Source: Eledone cirrhosa (Eukaryota). Taken from it: a stretch of DNA of 64,000 bases. Below are positions 44,574 to 57,501 of the stretch, in pieces. Position 1 is the first letter of the stretch. Each line of letters opens with the position of its first letter. Under the pieces are notes generated by a model. The model searched no databases and was not told the origin of the DNA. It saw nothing but the letters and a program-made list of their open reading frames with translations. A program made the translations under genes and the position numbers. The stretch spans positions 8,246,001-8,310,000 of the forward strand of contig OZ024754.1 in the NCBI GenBank assembly GCA_964016885.1, given 5' to 3'.

Positions 44574-45215
44574 AATAATTGTTTCTACTTTAGGCACAAG
44601 GCCAGCAATTACCCAATGCATTACTGGTACTTTATTTTATCGACTCCGTAAGGATGAAAGGCAAAGTTAACCTCGGCGGGATTTGAACTCAGATCGTAAA
44701 GGGACGTAACTATGCTGGAAAGCATGGCGTCCGACCCTCCACCGATACTGCCAATCCACCGCCCTACTCTTACCTTACTCTTAGAAAATAATGGTTTCTT
44801 ATGTAGGCACAAGGCCATCAATTTTCGGGGAGGGAAAAGTCGATTAAATCGACCCCAGTGCGTGACTGGTACTTTATTTTATCGACCTCGTAAGGATGAA
44901 AGGGCCGTAACTCTATGCTGTAAACCATGGCGTCCGACCCTCTACCGATACTGCCAATCCACCACAATGTTCTACTATAATGTTCTGAACTTTTGTTAAG
45001 TTATGTTCTGAACATTGGCTTAATAATTGTTTCTACTTTTGGCACAAGGCCAGCAATTATCCCAGTGTATTACTGGTACTTTATTTTATCGACCCCGTAA
45101 GGATGAAAGGCAAAGTTAACCTCGGCGGGATTTGAACTCAGATCATAAAGCGCCGTAACTCTATGCTGATAAGCATGGCGTCCGACTCTCTACCGATACT
45201 GCCAATCCACCGCCC
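44574..45215 (-). mobile_element. Cluster of three SINE family A copies (44574-44764, ~44790-44963, 45021-45215)
   Basis: Repeated ACTGGTACTTTATTTTATCGAC..CGTAAGGATGAAAGG and CCGATACTGCCAATCCACC. Confidence 0.85.
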
Positions 45216-45533
45216 TTTTAGAAAATAATAGTCCTACTATGTTAGGGAATTTTTTATCACATAACGCTCCGATTTCTTAGATATTGAAGAATTAAACTTC
45301 CCTGATGAGTATGGGGTATTCTTTAATTATTGGTGATTCTAATAAGATTTCTTCCCCATATAAAACTATGGTAGGCAGATCTCTATATAAGCAAGTTTAG
45401 ATAAACATTTTTCGTTTTGTCTATCTTGGTTATACTCCCTGAATTAGAGTTTTTTCTTTAATTTTAATATATAATATTGCTTCTCTGAGAGATTTCTCTC
45501 ATTGAGATGTTTAAGTATTAGAGACTAATTAAC

Positions 45534-45593
<60 letters not shown>

Positions 45594-45601
45594 ATATATA
45601 T

Positions 45602-45895
45602 AGTTTTAATATAGATGAGATTCTACAGGACTAGAACTGTTTCATTCGTTAGAAATCATCAGGAATTCTGATGATTTCTAACGAATGAAACAGTTCTAGT
45701 CCTGTAGAATCTCATCTATATTAAAACTTTTATACTCTGCAATGTATTGAGTACCTTACTTACTGTGGTTACCTCCGATTCAACCCGGAATAACGTATAT
45801 ATATATATATATATAGTTTTAATATAGATGAGATTCTACAGGACTAGAACTGTTTCATTCTTTAGAAATCATCAGGAATCTCAACCCGGAATAAC

Positions 45896-45897
<2 letters not shown>
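45602..45897. mobile_element. Two adjacent family G insertions with three hammerhead copies (45617-45666 minus, 45664-45713 plus, 45830-45882 minus)
   Basis: Palindrome 45602-45728; second inverted copy with a complete GAGATTC/GAATCTC stem I. Confidence 0.8.
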
Positions 45898-45949
<52 letters not shown>

Positions 45950-45957
<8 letters not shown>

Positions 45958-46040
45958 CAACAAAGAACGCTTAGAACATAGGTATATCTTAGCAATTAAA
46001 GATATACCTATGTTCTAAGCGTTCTTTGTTGTTAATTATA
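45950..46040. repeat. Perfect ~41-bp-arm hairpin next to (TA)n
   Basis: TAATTAACAACAAAGAACGCTTAGAACATAGGTATATCTT mirrored after an 8-nt spacer. Confidence 0.9.
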
Positions 46041-46453
46041 TTACGGCTCTGTCCTCAGACATCGAGCTAACCTTATTCTGCCTATTGATAAGTGGAGTGT
46101 TACACACTCCTAATCCTCTCCCTTATATAATATATATATATATATAGTGTATGTGATTCAGTGAATTGCTGGTGATGCTATCAAAACGATCACTTGATGC
46201 ACTGGCAGAGTGTATATATTAAGAAAAACGATGATGTTTCCTTTACATGTATTTGGTTTTCTAATGTGTATCGACCTGTTACACGTTTTTCATAGAGGAT
46301 CCAATCGTCAGTCTGAAGAGCGGATCGATAATGCAGCCGGGTCCATAACTTCTATGGGTGACCCTGAGCCAATCCTCTAAGAAACGCGCGTAACAGATCG
46401 ATACACAATAACAAAAAAAATTAAGTACCTCTAAACGAAACTTCATCGCTTTT

Positions 46454-46531
<78 letters not shown>

Positions 46532-46534
<3 letters not shown>

Positions 46535-46941
46535 AAAGTTCTATTTAAAGTTGTTGGGATACAACAAGTAAATATATTTATAACCGACATAAAGCACTCG
46601 ACAAATTTTTGGAGTAGATATACGATATTAATAAATGGAAACTATATTTATAAAACCATATTTATTTCATTATACATATTTCAGGGATACCACATTAAAT
46701 TATGGTATGCCTTCATCAGATAAAATACAATATATAACAGTTTTACAAATAGGTTTGACGTACCCTTTAAAATACAACCATTACTTTTGGAGGCTGTCTG
46801 GTACGTCAAACCTATTTTGTAAAACTGTTATATATTGTATTTTATCTGATGAAGGCATACCATAATTTAATGTGGTATCCCTGAAATATGTATAATGAAA
46901 TAAATATGGTTTTATAAATATAGTTTCCATTTATTAATATC

Positions 46942-46944
<3 letters not shown>
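46532..46944. mobile_element. Penelope-like terminus with ~145-bp inverted arms and back-to-back hammerheads
   Basis: Arms 46620-46764 and 46800-46944; TA flanks. Confidence 0.8.
46838..46902 (+). ncRNA. Type I hammerhead candidate (mirror copy 46663-46727 minus)
   Basis: TATTTTAT-CTGATGA-AGGCATACCA..TGGTATCCCT-GAAA-TATGTA-TA-ATGAAATA; stem II covaries in the 39669 copy (GATACC/GGTAT to GACACC/GGTGT). Confidence 0.7.
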
Positions 46945-46971
<27 letters not shown>

Positions 46972-46973
<2 letters not shown>

Positions 46974-47338
46974 CGAAGGAAATGTGATAAGGAACCAGGT
47001 GGACCATAACGCACCAAAGTACTCAATACTTGAGGTAGTAGAGTGGGTAATAGGAACCAGTAAGACCCCGACAGCTGAGCTCAAGCCGTTTCGACGGCTA
47101 ATTCTGAAGTTTTTTTGGTGGGATTGGGATGTTCTTGGTAGAGAAGTCAATGTTGTGTTTTCGCATGGTGCGGGTGAAATGAATTGAGCTTAGCGGAAAA
47201 GTCTGGATACGGCGTGGTAGGGTCGGAAAGTGCTCTACTACGGGAGTAGGAGCTAGATAACGAAGGAAATGTGGTAAGGAACCAGGTGGAGAATTAGCCG
47301 TCGAAACGGCTTGAGCTCAGCTGTCGGGGTCTTACTGG

Positions 47339-47341
<3 letters not shown>
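46972..47341. mobile_element. Family H, partial tandem (287-bp period) plus inversion
   Basis: AACGAAGGAAATGTG(A/G)TAAGGAACCAGGTGG at 46972 and 47259; inverted segment 47290-47341. Confidence 0.7.
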
Positions 47342-47425
<84 letters not shown>

Positions 47426-47800
47426 AAACACAGTAAACCCGTGTCTAAAATTACGAGGGTAGATTACACCACAAATGAATCATATGGGATTTTACAAGAT
47501 TTCTTACAAGATTTCTCATACATACCATATCAATAACCATTTCATCTCCCGGACAGACTAAAGATTTAATCTGTTTTGCCCTGAATGAATCGTGTTTGTA
47601 ACAAGTAATCCGTAGGCATTTCGTCAGCAGGAGATAAGACTAAATGTTACATAACATCCATAACAATAAACTCACTAAAGCTTACACCTCGATCGTTGAA
47701 AGTCATATGCGGTGCGAGTGGTTATGCTAGAAATAATACCCTATTTACACTCATATAAAAATGAGTGTAAATGAGTTATTAACTCTATATTTTATTTGTG

Positions 47801-47849
<49 letters not shown>

Positions 47850-48307
47850 GGGGGGGACTAGGGAGAGAGAGAGAGAGATTTAGAAGAAACAAGGGACTGT
47901 GTGGTTACTTGATAAAGTGCATTTAGAAAGAAAAGGAAAGGACAAACAAGGGACAGTCCCCTCTTCAGTTGTATGTTGGAGGTCACCGACATTTCAACGC
48001 ATATTTTACGGTTTCTAAGATTATAGATAGCGGTTACTGCCTGCAGAGTGTCATTTGAAAAGGATTTAGCTGCTATTTCTAGCTCACTTTCTAATATATA
48101 TATATATGGTATATAAACACTTTTTTTTATCACCATTTATATATATATACATACACATGTATATATAAAGATCCACCTCCACACACAGATACATGTATGT
48201 ATGTATGTATGTATGTGTGTATGTATGTGTGTATGTATGTATGTATGTATATATATGACCGTCTGTATGTATGTATGTATGTATGTATGTATGTGTGTAT
48301 GTATGTA

Positions 48308-48761
48308 TCAAAGGGCAAAGGAGCTCTTAAGAGTCAATGGCCATCTAAAATCACCGGGAGAGATGACCCTTTAGCCTTTGTCAAGGCAGAATTATAGGAG
48401 AAGGAAAACTCTGATATAACACCTGCAACCCTGATGGTATCCAATGATGTTGACTTGTTCTTCTTTTTGGTAAATATCATCTTGGTTAAGAGAGTGGGAC
48501 TGGCTTTGTGCAGTGCCTTTGCTCACTATAAAAGCTTCACGGCACAGGCATTGCTTTATATCTGGAGATCTCTCCGCACTTGTCACATGGTACCATGGGC
48601 CCAGCACTATGTGTCAATAATTGTCACAAGTGTAGTGTTTGTACCAGAGTTTTCAAGTCGCTGGCTGGACTAAAAAGTCACACTCGTTCAGCGCTTCGGT
48701 AGGGGTTCTCCTACATGGATATAAAGTAGTGGTCGTACTCGAAAACGAGTTGGCAGCCACC
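48308..48761 (+). mobile_element. 5'-truncated bipartite RTE-derived element in (ATGT)n
   Basis: Matches the 3' ~450 bp of the 17193-17800 element. Confidence 0.8.
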
Positions 48762-49842
48762 ATGTATGTATGTATATATATGACCGTCTGTATGTATGTG
48801 TGTATGTATGTATGTATATATATGACTGTCTGTCTGTATGTATGTATGTGTGTATGTATGTATGTATATATATGACCGTCTGTATGTATGTATGTATGTG
48901 TGTATGTATGTATGTATATATATGACCATCTGTATGTATGTATGTGTGTATGTATGTATGTACGTATGTATGTGTGTATGTATGTATATATATGACCGTC
49001 TGTATGTATGTATGTATGTATGTATTTATGTATTTATGTGAGGTATATCTTAATTCACTTATTCCACAATTATCTGTAATTGGTTTCCCAAGGTATAAAA
49101 AAACATCGTGAAGATGTCATCAATAACATATAATCACTGATCTCCACCACCACCACTACCATCACAACTTGTAACCCCACCACCACCACCACCACCAGCT
49201 AGTTAAGTTAAGAGGCCTTTTACCCGAGCCTTGAAGGAGGTAATTCATCGTAAAAAAAAAATGTTGGCAGGAAGATGAAACCCCCCCCCCCTTCTTCCTG
49301 ACCAACGGAGCCCTGAGCTTAAACACACCTAAACACTATGGTAAACCCGGCGCTGATTGAAAGGTTTTTAGTGTTCTTTTAAGTTCTGTTGATCTCTGCA
49401 ATGTATTTCTTCCACAAAAATAAGCATAAACAGATCTTATTCAACCCCAGAGAAATATCAGTCAGCTATATAGCCGCTCTTCGCCGCTGTGTAATGGATA
49501 TGTCTTTTAAATATATAGACCGTTATTGAAAGTGTGTTGTTATAGTAATACTCTTTGGAAATGAATAAATCATTTTAGATTATAAACATATCAGGATCCT
49601 ATAATGTATTAGAAGTCAGACTAGTATTGCTGCAAACAGTAAATCCCTGTTTAGCAGTAAAATGGAGGAATATATGGAAAGAGAAACATTGAAATTAAAA
49701 TAAGATGAAAACTGTGTGAAAAGACAAAAATCAAATATATGATATCTGGGAAATGAGTTTTATTCCTTTTTTGCATTTTCTTTTTTTTTTTTTCGCTATT
49801 TTTTCAATCAGGAAAGAGGTGATTAATACTGTTGACTATTAT

Positions 49843-50016
49843 CTACGGTAGAGGATAGGACGCCATGCTTTGACGCAAAGACTTACGGCCCTTTCCATTC
49901 TGAGTTCAAATCCCACCGAGGTTAACTTTGCCTTTCATCCTTATGGGGTCGATAAAATAAAGTACCAGTAATACACTGGGTAATTGCTGGCCTTGTGCCA
50001 AAAGTAGAAACAATTA
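49843..50016 (+). mobile_element. SINE family A
   Basis: B box, core and 3' end present. Confidence 0.8.
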
Positions 50017-50050
50017 TCTACTAAAGGACTTAGCAAAATAAATTGTTGTT

Positions 50051-50116
<66 letters not shown>

Positions 50117-50127
50117 CCAGCAGCAGC

Positions 50128-50164
<37 letters not shown>
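50051..50164. repeat. (TAG)n microsatellite
   Basis: Direct inspection. Confidence 0.97.
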
Positions 50165-51324
50165 AGGAGATAATATACTAATAATAACAGTGGACATATT
50201 TCTATGTTCCTGCGACACAAACAAAATATTTGCTCTCTATTCGGTTCTGTAGATAAGTGTAAATTTTATGAAAATTACTAACCAAGTGTTAGCGGAAAAT
50301 TGAAAAAACATTGCAGTGAAAGAATAAAAATAATAAAAGTGTTTTGCTTTTTAATATTTATTTTAACTACTCTTATATAAACAAAATATATGCAGTTATG
50401 ATTGTTTTGAGAAAGTTAGTACAATGCAAATCTAAGTATAAGAATGAAAAAATGTAGTAGATACTAAGTTTTAATATTCGTTCAACTATAAATCACATGT
50501 TTATACAAGGAATTGTAAAATATGTGGTTAGAAATATATTTGGAAAGATGATACAATGCAAGTTAGAAATGTAGGAGTAAAAACTGCGGTAGGTTAAAGT
50601 AAAGCCAACAAAACTACAATTTACAACATTTACTTTATATTTTATTTGAAATATCATGAAATATCATGAAATATATGGAGTTAGTATCCCACTCTATGTG
50701 TGCCGTGTAGAAATAACAAGCAATTGAAATAAATCAAACCCAATATGACTTCGATTAGGAATATATGTCTGGACAGATCTCTATTAAAAAGAAGAAAAAA
50801 AAGCCAGGCGACGAATGTCTGTTACTGAAATACATTTTTTTTTATTCTCTTACGAAAACAGAATGTCGGTCTTCCAAAGAGAAAACTATTTATATTCCCG
50901 TCACATCAATGATATTTCCATTAGCCTGTTTGTTGGAAAGTTTTCCTATCTATTGGTGATGGCATGACGTAACATGAATGGGGAGAGTGTGGTGTGTTAT
51001 AGAAAAAGGATGTAGATTTTTGTCAGCATTTAAAAATGTAAGCAAATGGTAAATTCGTGTAGAATGATGCAAACTCGTAGAAGTTTTAATGATTATAAGA
51101 TCAATGCTTCCTTTGAAACAACCAACAAGCAAAAGCCAGCGAGAATTATGAGTAGGCAGCCATTACAAATTATCACGTCAGACACTCAGATAAAAATATT
51201 AATGTAATACTGAAATGTCGGCATCGGATAGAAGATATACCGAAAATTATTATTTCTTAATTTATTAGAGGAAATTGAAATTTCAAGAGACGAAGGTTTC
51301 TCGTAATATGTTATACATACATAC

Positions 51325-51379
<55 letters not shown>

Positions 51380-51568
51380 CATATATATTAGGTCGTCAAG
51401 TATCAAATTTGTAGATGTTAGTAAAAAAATTAATAAATTTCTACAAATTTCATACTTGAGAGGGCGGAGGGAGAGACGGAGAGAGGATAGACCAGCTTCG
51501 TATATAAAGATATACATATATATATATATATTAATATATATATGTGTGTGTACGTATAAATATACATA

Positions 51569-51600
<32 letters not shown>

Positions 51601-51601
<1 letters not shown>

Positions 51602-52197
51602 CCTAGAATTCTGCCTTGACAAAGGCTAAGGGGTCATCTCTCCCGGTGATTTTGGATGGCCATTGACTCTTAAGAGCTCCTTTGCCCTTTGACAGGTTTT
51701 GTTTTTAGTCCTGCAGGATGTCCAAAGTCACCCTCCTCACCAAGAAACCTTGGTGGGGTTGCCAGTTTAGTCGCCAACGACCCGACCATGAGACAGGTTG
51801 TACTGGGATACATGTTACCAGTAGCACCAAGTGGAGAAGGAAACTCTGATATAACACCTGTAACCCTGATGGTATCCAATGATGTTGACTTGTTCTTCTT
51901 TTTGGTAAATATCATCTTGGTTAAGAGAGTGGGACTGGCTTTGCGCAGTGCCTTTGCTCACTATAAATGCTTCACGGCACAGGCATTGCTTTGTATCTGG
52001 AGATCTCTCTGCACTTGTCGTCACATGGTACCAAAGGTAAAGCACTATGTGTCAATAATTGTCACAAGTGTAGTGTTTGTACCAGAGTTTTCAAGTCGCT
52101 GGCTGGACTAAAAAGTCACACTCGTTCAGCGCATCGGTAGGGGTTCTCCTACATGGATATAAAGTAGTGGCCGTACTCGAAAACGAGTTGGCAGCCA

Positions 52198-52199
<2 letters not shown>
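51601..52199 (+). mobile_element. Bipartite RTE-derived element with 5' inversion
   Basis: 51601-51830 is the inverted 5' part and 51833-52199 the sense 3' part; 52060-52140 translates [26 protein letters not shown]. Confidence 0.85.
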
Positions 52200-52255
<56 letters not shown>

Positions 52256-52527
52256 TATGTATCATCAAACAGAAAAAGTAACAGATCGATACATATTTTA
52301 GTTACGTATTTCAAAGTTTCTCATTTCAAAGTGTCTCATTAAGTTAAGCATCTTTTATTATAGAAAATATAAAATAAAGAAAATATATATAGATAAGATA
52401 ACATAAGCAGCTGCGAAATAGTTACTTTTGTGGTTTGAGCTAACTTTAATAGTAATGTCCACCACGTTTTACGAAAAACGTATCCGAGGATATAGAAATT
52501 CGTCTGGAAATTCCTTAATTACTAAAA

Positions 52528-52860
52528 ATAATTGTTTCTAATTTTGGCACAAGGCCAGCAAACACCCAGTGCATTACTGGTACTTTATTTTATCGACTCC
52601 GAAAGGATGAGAGGCAAAGCAAACCTCGGCGGGATTTGAACTCAGATCATAAAGGACTGCAAAGCATTGCCTCTGACCTTCTACCGAGACTGCCAATGCA
52701 GCACCTACAAATAATGATTTCTAGAATAGGCACAAGGCCAGTAATTTTGGGGGGAGGGGAGGGGAAAGTCGAATAAATCGACCCCCAGTGCGTGACTGAT
52801 ACTTTATTTTATCGACCCCGTAAGGATGAAAGGCAAAGTTAACCGCGGCGGAATTTGAAC
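52528..52860 (-). mobile_element. Two SINE family A copies
   Basis: Core motif present twice. Confidence 0.8.
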
Positions 52861-52975
52861 AGAGACGTGTGTATCAGCGTGTGTGTGAGAGAGAGAGAGA
52901 GTTAGAGAGAGTCTGTGAGTGTGTGCAGTAATAATAAATACAAGGACCAAAATCCAAAGAGGACGCGATAAGGGT

Positions 52976-53023
<48 letters not shown>

Positions 53024-53324
53024 GTCTTAATCCAGAAGGCTAATTTGGCCGGTGCTTATCCCGGTTTCATGGCGTGAAGCGACTGAGAGAACAAGTCTCC
53101 CCCCTGAACAGGACGCCAGTCCATCGCAGGGTTAAACCCCCAACTATTGCAGGTACTCATCGTCAGCTGAGTATATATATAACGAAGGAGGTGTGGTAAG
53201 GAACCAGATGGACCATAACGCACCAGAGTACTCAATACTTAGTACGGCTATTTCTGGACTCTTACGCGTCCAGAAATAGCCGTCGAAACGACTTGAGCTT
53301 TGCCGTCGGGGTCAAACATTTTCC

Positions 53325-53414
<90 letters not shown>

Positions 53415-53419
<5 letters not shown>

Positions 53420-53606
53420 GATTCTACAGGACTAGAACTGTTTCATTCTTTAGAAATCATCAGGAATCATCAGAGATTCCTGATGATTTCTAAAGAATGA
53501 AACAGTTCTAGTCCTGTAGAATCTCATCTATATTAAAACGTTTATACTCTGCTATGTATTGAGTACCTTACTTACTGTGGTTACCTTCGATTCAACCCGG
53601 AATAAC

Positions 53607-53608
<2 letters not shown>
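53415..53608. mobile_element. Family G Penelope-like terminus with back-to-back hammerheads
   Basis: Inverted copy 53418-53468 plus sense copy and 3' tail ending CAACCCGGAATAACG-(TA)n. Confidence 0.85.
53473..53525 (+). ncRNA. Type I hammerhead ribozyme candidate with intact canonical core
   Basis: GAGATTC-CTGATGA-T-TTC-TAAA-GAA-T-GAAA-CAG-TTCTAGTC-CTG-TA-GAATCTC; predicted cleavage after GTA at 53518. Confidence 0.8.
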
Positions 53609-53639
<31 letters not shown>

Positions 53640-53643
<4 letters not shown>

Positions 53644-53832
53644 AAATGGTAGGACCCCGACGGCTGAGCTCAAGCCGTTTCGACGGCTAATTCTGTCCAG
53701 AATTAGCCGTCGAAACGGCTTGAGCTCAGCCGTCGGGGTCCTACTCGTTCCTATTACCCACTCTACTACCCTAAGTATTGAGTACTTTGGTGCGTTATGG
53801 TCCAGCTGGTTCCTTACCACATTTCCTTCGTT
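53640..53832. mobile_element. Family H with inverted duplication (another copy at 53180-53325)
   Basis: GACCCCGACGGCTGAGCTCAAGCCGTTTCGACGGCTAATTCTG mirrored. Confidence 0.75.
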
Positions 53833-53879
53833 ATATATATATATATATAGCCTCATTCCAACTTTATATCTGTGGGTCG

Positions 53880-53965
53880 GGAGTCAGTACAGAGAGAAGC
53901 CAGACAGGACAAGGCAAGATGGTTGAAAGGGCAATGTGCTGAGGTAGAGGAGGCCTTGTAGAAAC
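53880..53965 (+). pseudogene. Small LINE (RTE-like) ORF fragment
   Basis: VQREARQDKARWLKGQCAEVEEAL resembles the AR.DK..W....C.E.E linker upstream of the RT domain. Confidence 0.45.
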
Positions 53966-54384
53966 AAAATATACGGAAGTCAGAGTGTCATAAATTCACT
54001 AAAAAAGGGGGCTTCCATACAAAACAAACAAACATTGAAAATGAATTACTGCATGAAATAACATAACGATTAATTAACTTGGTTCCGTTCAAAGTAGACA
54101 GGAGAAGTTTCTATTACATCATAACTACTTGGTATTATCCACCCACAACAAAACTGTAGAATTGCATCAATAATTTATATTTAATTACTTACAACAGGAT
54201 TGATTCTACTCTATAGCAACTTTCTAGACTTGCTGCAGCTTATATAATCTATCTATAAACGGCGCCGATTTGGTAGAATCATTACAGCATAAAATAAAAT
54301 GCCTTGTGATATTTGTTCCGACTTACTATGCTCCAAGGTATTAAAATGTGGTGTAATATGACATACGATATATTTATCTGTGTG

Positions 54385-54451
<67 letters not shown>

Positions 54452-54455
<4 letters not shown>

Positions 54456-54529
54456 CCTCGTCTGACGAATGAATGAAGACGCTTCTTTCGTATTCGCCTC
54501 ATTCGGGAAACCTCTGGTAATGAGGTAAT
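54452..54529 (+). ncRNA. Type I hammerhead candidate abutting (TA)n
   Basis: ATTGCCTCGT/ATGAGGTAAT stem I; CTGACGA; GAATGA/TCATTC stem II; GAAA-CC-TCT-GG-TA. Confidence 0.7.
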
Positions 54530-54628
54530 TATATTGTATTGATTTTTATACGTTAAATTTTGCTCTGATACTTACATAGAGCACTCTTCACTTCTATGAC
54601 TTTTCTGTTTTCAACGGAAATTTCAATA

Positions 54629-54667
<39 letters not shown>

Positions 54668-54706
54668 ATACTTGGGGAGGGTCATATTTGTGTAATATTG
54701 CCAGAA

Positions 54707-54739
<33 letters not shown>

Positions 54740-54741
<2 letters not shown>

Positions 54742-54818
54742 GGGGTGTTCCCCAAAAAGGTATACACACTTCAACACCAGATAATTCAAAGTGAGTGTAC
54801 ATTTTGGGGGACACAGTG
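54740..54818. mobile_element. Tiny Tc1/mariner-type MITE
   Basis: TA|CGGGGTGTTCCCCAAAA ... TTTTGGGGGACACAG imperfect TIRs. Confidence 0.5.
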
Positions 54819-55232
54819 AAGGCGCATGGCCTAGTGGTTAGAGCAGTAGGCTTGCAATCGAAAGGTTGTGAGTTCAATTCTCGGACCGGGTGGGTGATGT
54901 GTTGTTTCCTTGAGCAGGACACTTTATTTCACGTTGCTCCAGTATATTCAGCTGAAAATGAGTACCAGCAATAGCCGGAGGTTTAACTCTGCGATGGACT
55001 GGCGTCCTGTCCAGGGGGTGGGAGGGGTCTTGTACTCTCAGTCGCTTCACGCCATGAAACCGTGATAAGCACCGGCCAAATGAGCCTTCTGGCTTAAGAC
55101 AGACTTTAGACTTACGGCCTGCCCGCCCACCCAGTGGGATGGCGTCATCGTATGGCTAAAAACAACACGTGCTGTCACCAGCGGCGCCGAGTGGCGCCCG
55201 ACAGACTGGTCGGTCAAGGTGATCAAGGTGAT
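54817..55232 (+). mobile_element. tRNA-derived SINE family B, longest copy (3' part also at 53020-53170 minus)
   Basis: A box TGGCCTAGTGG, B box GAGTTCAATTC, central GCGATGGACTGGCGTCCTGTCCAGGG, 3' TCAAGGTGA repeats. Confidence 0.85.
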
Positions 55233-55251
55233 ATGCAGGGTTCCCCGCCCG

Positions 55252-55290
<39 letters not shown>

Positions 55291-55310
55291 GGGTGCACTT
55301 CTTTGATTAA

Positions 55311-55329
55311 CCCTTTACCATTTACATTA

Positions 55330-55397
<68 letters not shown>

Positions 55398-55572
55398 TAT
55401 TGTATTTTTGTGGTAAAGGCTTTACCTCACATAATTATCTCACATAATATCGAATCAACGAGATTTTGAGAATAATACCTTCACATCAGTATGAGCAGCT
55501 GGTTTCGGCCATTTTGAACAGAAGGATGTGAGAGAATTCTGGCCGGATACAGCCGGTTTAAATGCTAAAGGG
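55311..55572. mobile_element. piggyBac-type MITE
   Basis: TTAA|CCCTTTACCATTTA ... TAAATGCTAAAGGG|TTAA. Confidence 0.8.
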
Positions 55573-55833
55573 TTAAACCATTTAAGCATTAAGGCAAGGC
55601 ACCAGTGTCGGTGTCTTTACAAAATATTATGTATGCTGTGTATGCTACACTTCCCCGATTAAACCATTTTTTTTTCAGCCCGATGGTTGGGGTTTTAAAC
55701 CCCTCTCAGTGAGAAAAAAGAAACAGTATCGGGCTAATTTCTTTAGTCAAAATACGGCGAAAGCTTCTATTCCTACTTAATCTCATTTTTAAAAAGTGAT
55801 ATTTATGTTACATTATGACAGTTATTATGCTAA

Positions 55834-56018
55834 TGATTGTTTCTACTTTTGGCACAAGGCCAGCAACTAACCAGTGTATTACTGGTACTTTATTTTATCG
55901 ACCCCGTAAGGATGAAAGGCAAAGTTAACCTTGGCGGGATTTGAACTCAGAATGGCAAGGGAAGTAACTCTATGCGTCAAAGCATCCGACCCTCTACCGA
56001 TACTGCCAATCCCCCGCC
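55834..56018 (-). mobile_element. SINE family A with TSD
   Basis: Flanked by the direct repeat GTTATTATGCTAATGAT. Confidence 0.85.
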
Positions 56019-56400
56019 TCGTTATTATGCTAATGATATTGTTAAGATAATTTCAATACTGTTAACGCTTCTGTTATGAAACCAGAAATGACAGACTGCT
56101 AATTTTTCCTGATCAGTGATCTCAGAGGATATTTCTATAACTTGAAATATAGTTAGTGATATTATATCACTGGCAACAAATCAAACTCCCAATACCACAA
56201 TTTCCCATGTGTCCTAATATCATCTCAACTTTCCTATAAATTAACCACAATATTTTATACGTATATTATCTCCATGTCTCTCTGCTCTTTTATTCATCTA
56301 TTTATTCATACATTTTACACATTTGTTGCATGACAACACATCTTTCATCTATACGTGTGATAACAAAAAAAATCAAATTTTAGCTGTGTATTCATTAGTG

Positions 56401-56694
56401 CAGGCATGAGCAACCATTTTTGAAAAGCGGGTCGCATGAGATATGGCTCATCATCAGGCGGGCTGCAAGGGTTAATTTACATTCGTGCTCACATTAAAAA
56501 AAAGGGGGCAGTAACTCAGGTTGTTTTGATTTGTTTCTTCAGAATTCGTCCACGTTGTTTTCCTCGGTCGTAAAAATGATAGAAGGATTAATTACGACTA
56601 AAAAGTTTGGGTAAAAAAAATCAAAAAGATTTCACTTAGGTGACTTAGACGAGCCATTCAGAAAGCTTTGCGGGCCGCAGGTTGCCGATGACTG
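56401..56694. mobile_element. hAT/Charlie-like MITE
   Basis: CAGGCATGAGCAACC / GGTTGCCGATGACTG; GCGGGCCGC subterminal motifs; degenerate TSD ..TAGTG. Confidence 0.65.
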
Positions 56695-57051
56695 AAATAG
56701 TGTACAAATATTCTCCTCCTCGCTAAATGATGTTTTGTGACACGAATGAGTTTTCAAGGGGCATTAGCACTGGCCACTTGATTAGAATGTTAAATGAAGA
56801 GACATCCCTGAGAAGCTATAACCCGCCACGTACTCATGTATAATAGAGTCTCTGACAATCTTCGCTCACTATAAATAATAGTTTTTTAGAAATCAGCCAT
56901 TTCCATGGGGAGGCATATATTTCGAATTTAAACTTTTTCCAATACTTAAGTTAACTACTTTGTATGTATGTATGTATGTATGTATGTATGTATGTATGTA
57001 TGTATGTATGTATGTATGTATGTATGTATGTATGTATGTATGTATGTATTT

Positions 57052-57454
57052 AGAGATGACCCCTTAGCCTTTGTCAAGGCAGAATTCTAGGAGAAGGAAA
57101 ACTGTGATATAACACCTGCAACCCTGATGATATCCAATGATGTTGACTTGTTCTTCTTTTTGGTAAATATCATCTTGGTTAAGAGAGTGGGACTGGCTTT
57201 GTGCAGTGCCTTTGCTCACTATAAAAGCTTCACGGCACAGGCATTGCTTTATATCTGGAGATCTCTCAGCACTTGTCACATGGTACCATGGCCCCAGCAC
57301 TATGTGTCAGTAATTGTCACAAGTGTAGTGTTTGTACCAAAGTTTTCAAGTCGCTGGCTGGACTAAAAAGTCGCACTCGTTCAGCGCATCAGTAGGGGTT
57401 CTCCTACATGGATATAAAGTAGTCGCCGTACTCGAAAACGAGTTGGCAGCCACC
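57052..57454 (+). mobile_element. 5'-truncated bipartite RTE-derived element in (ATGT)n
   Basis: Matches the 3' ~400 bp of the family. Confidence 0.8.
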
Positions 57455-57501
57455 ATGTATGTATGTATGTATGTATGTATGTATGTATGTATGTATGTAT
57501 G

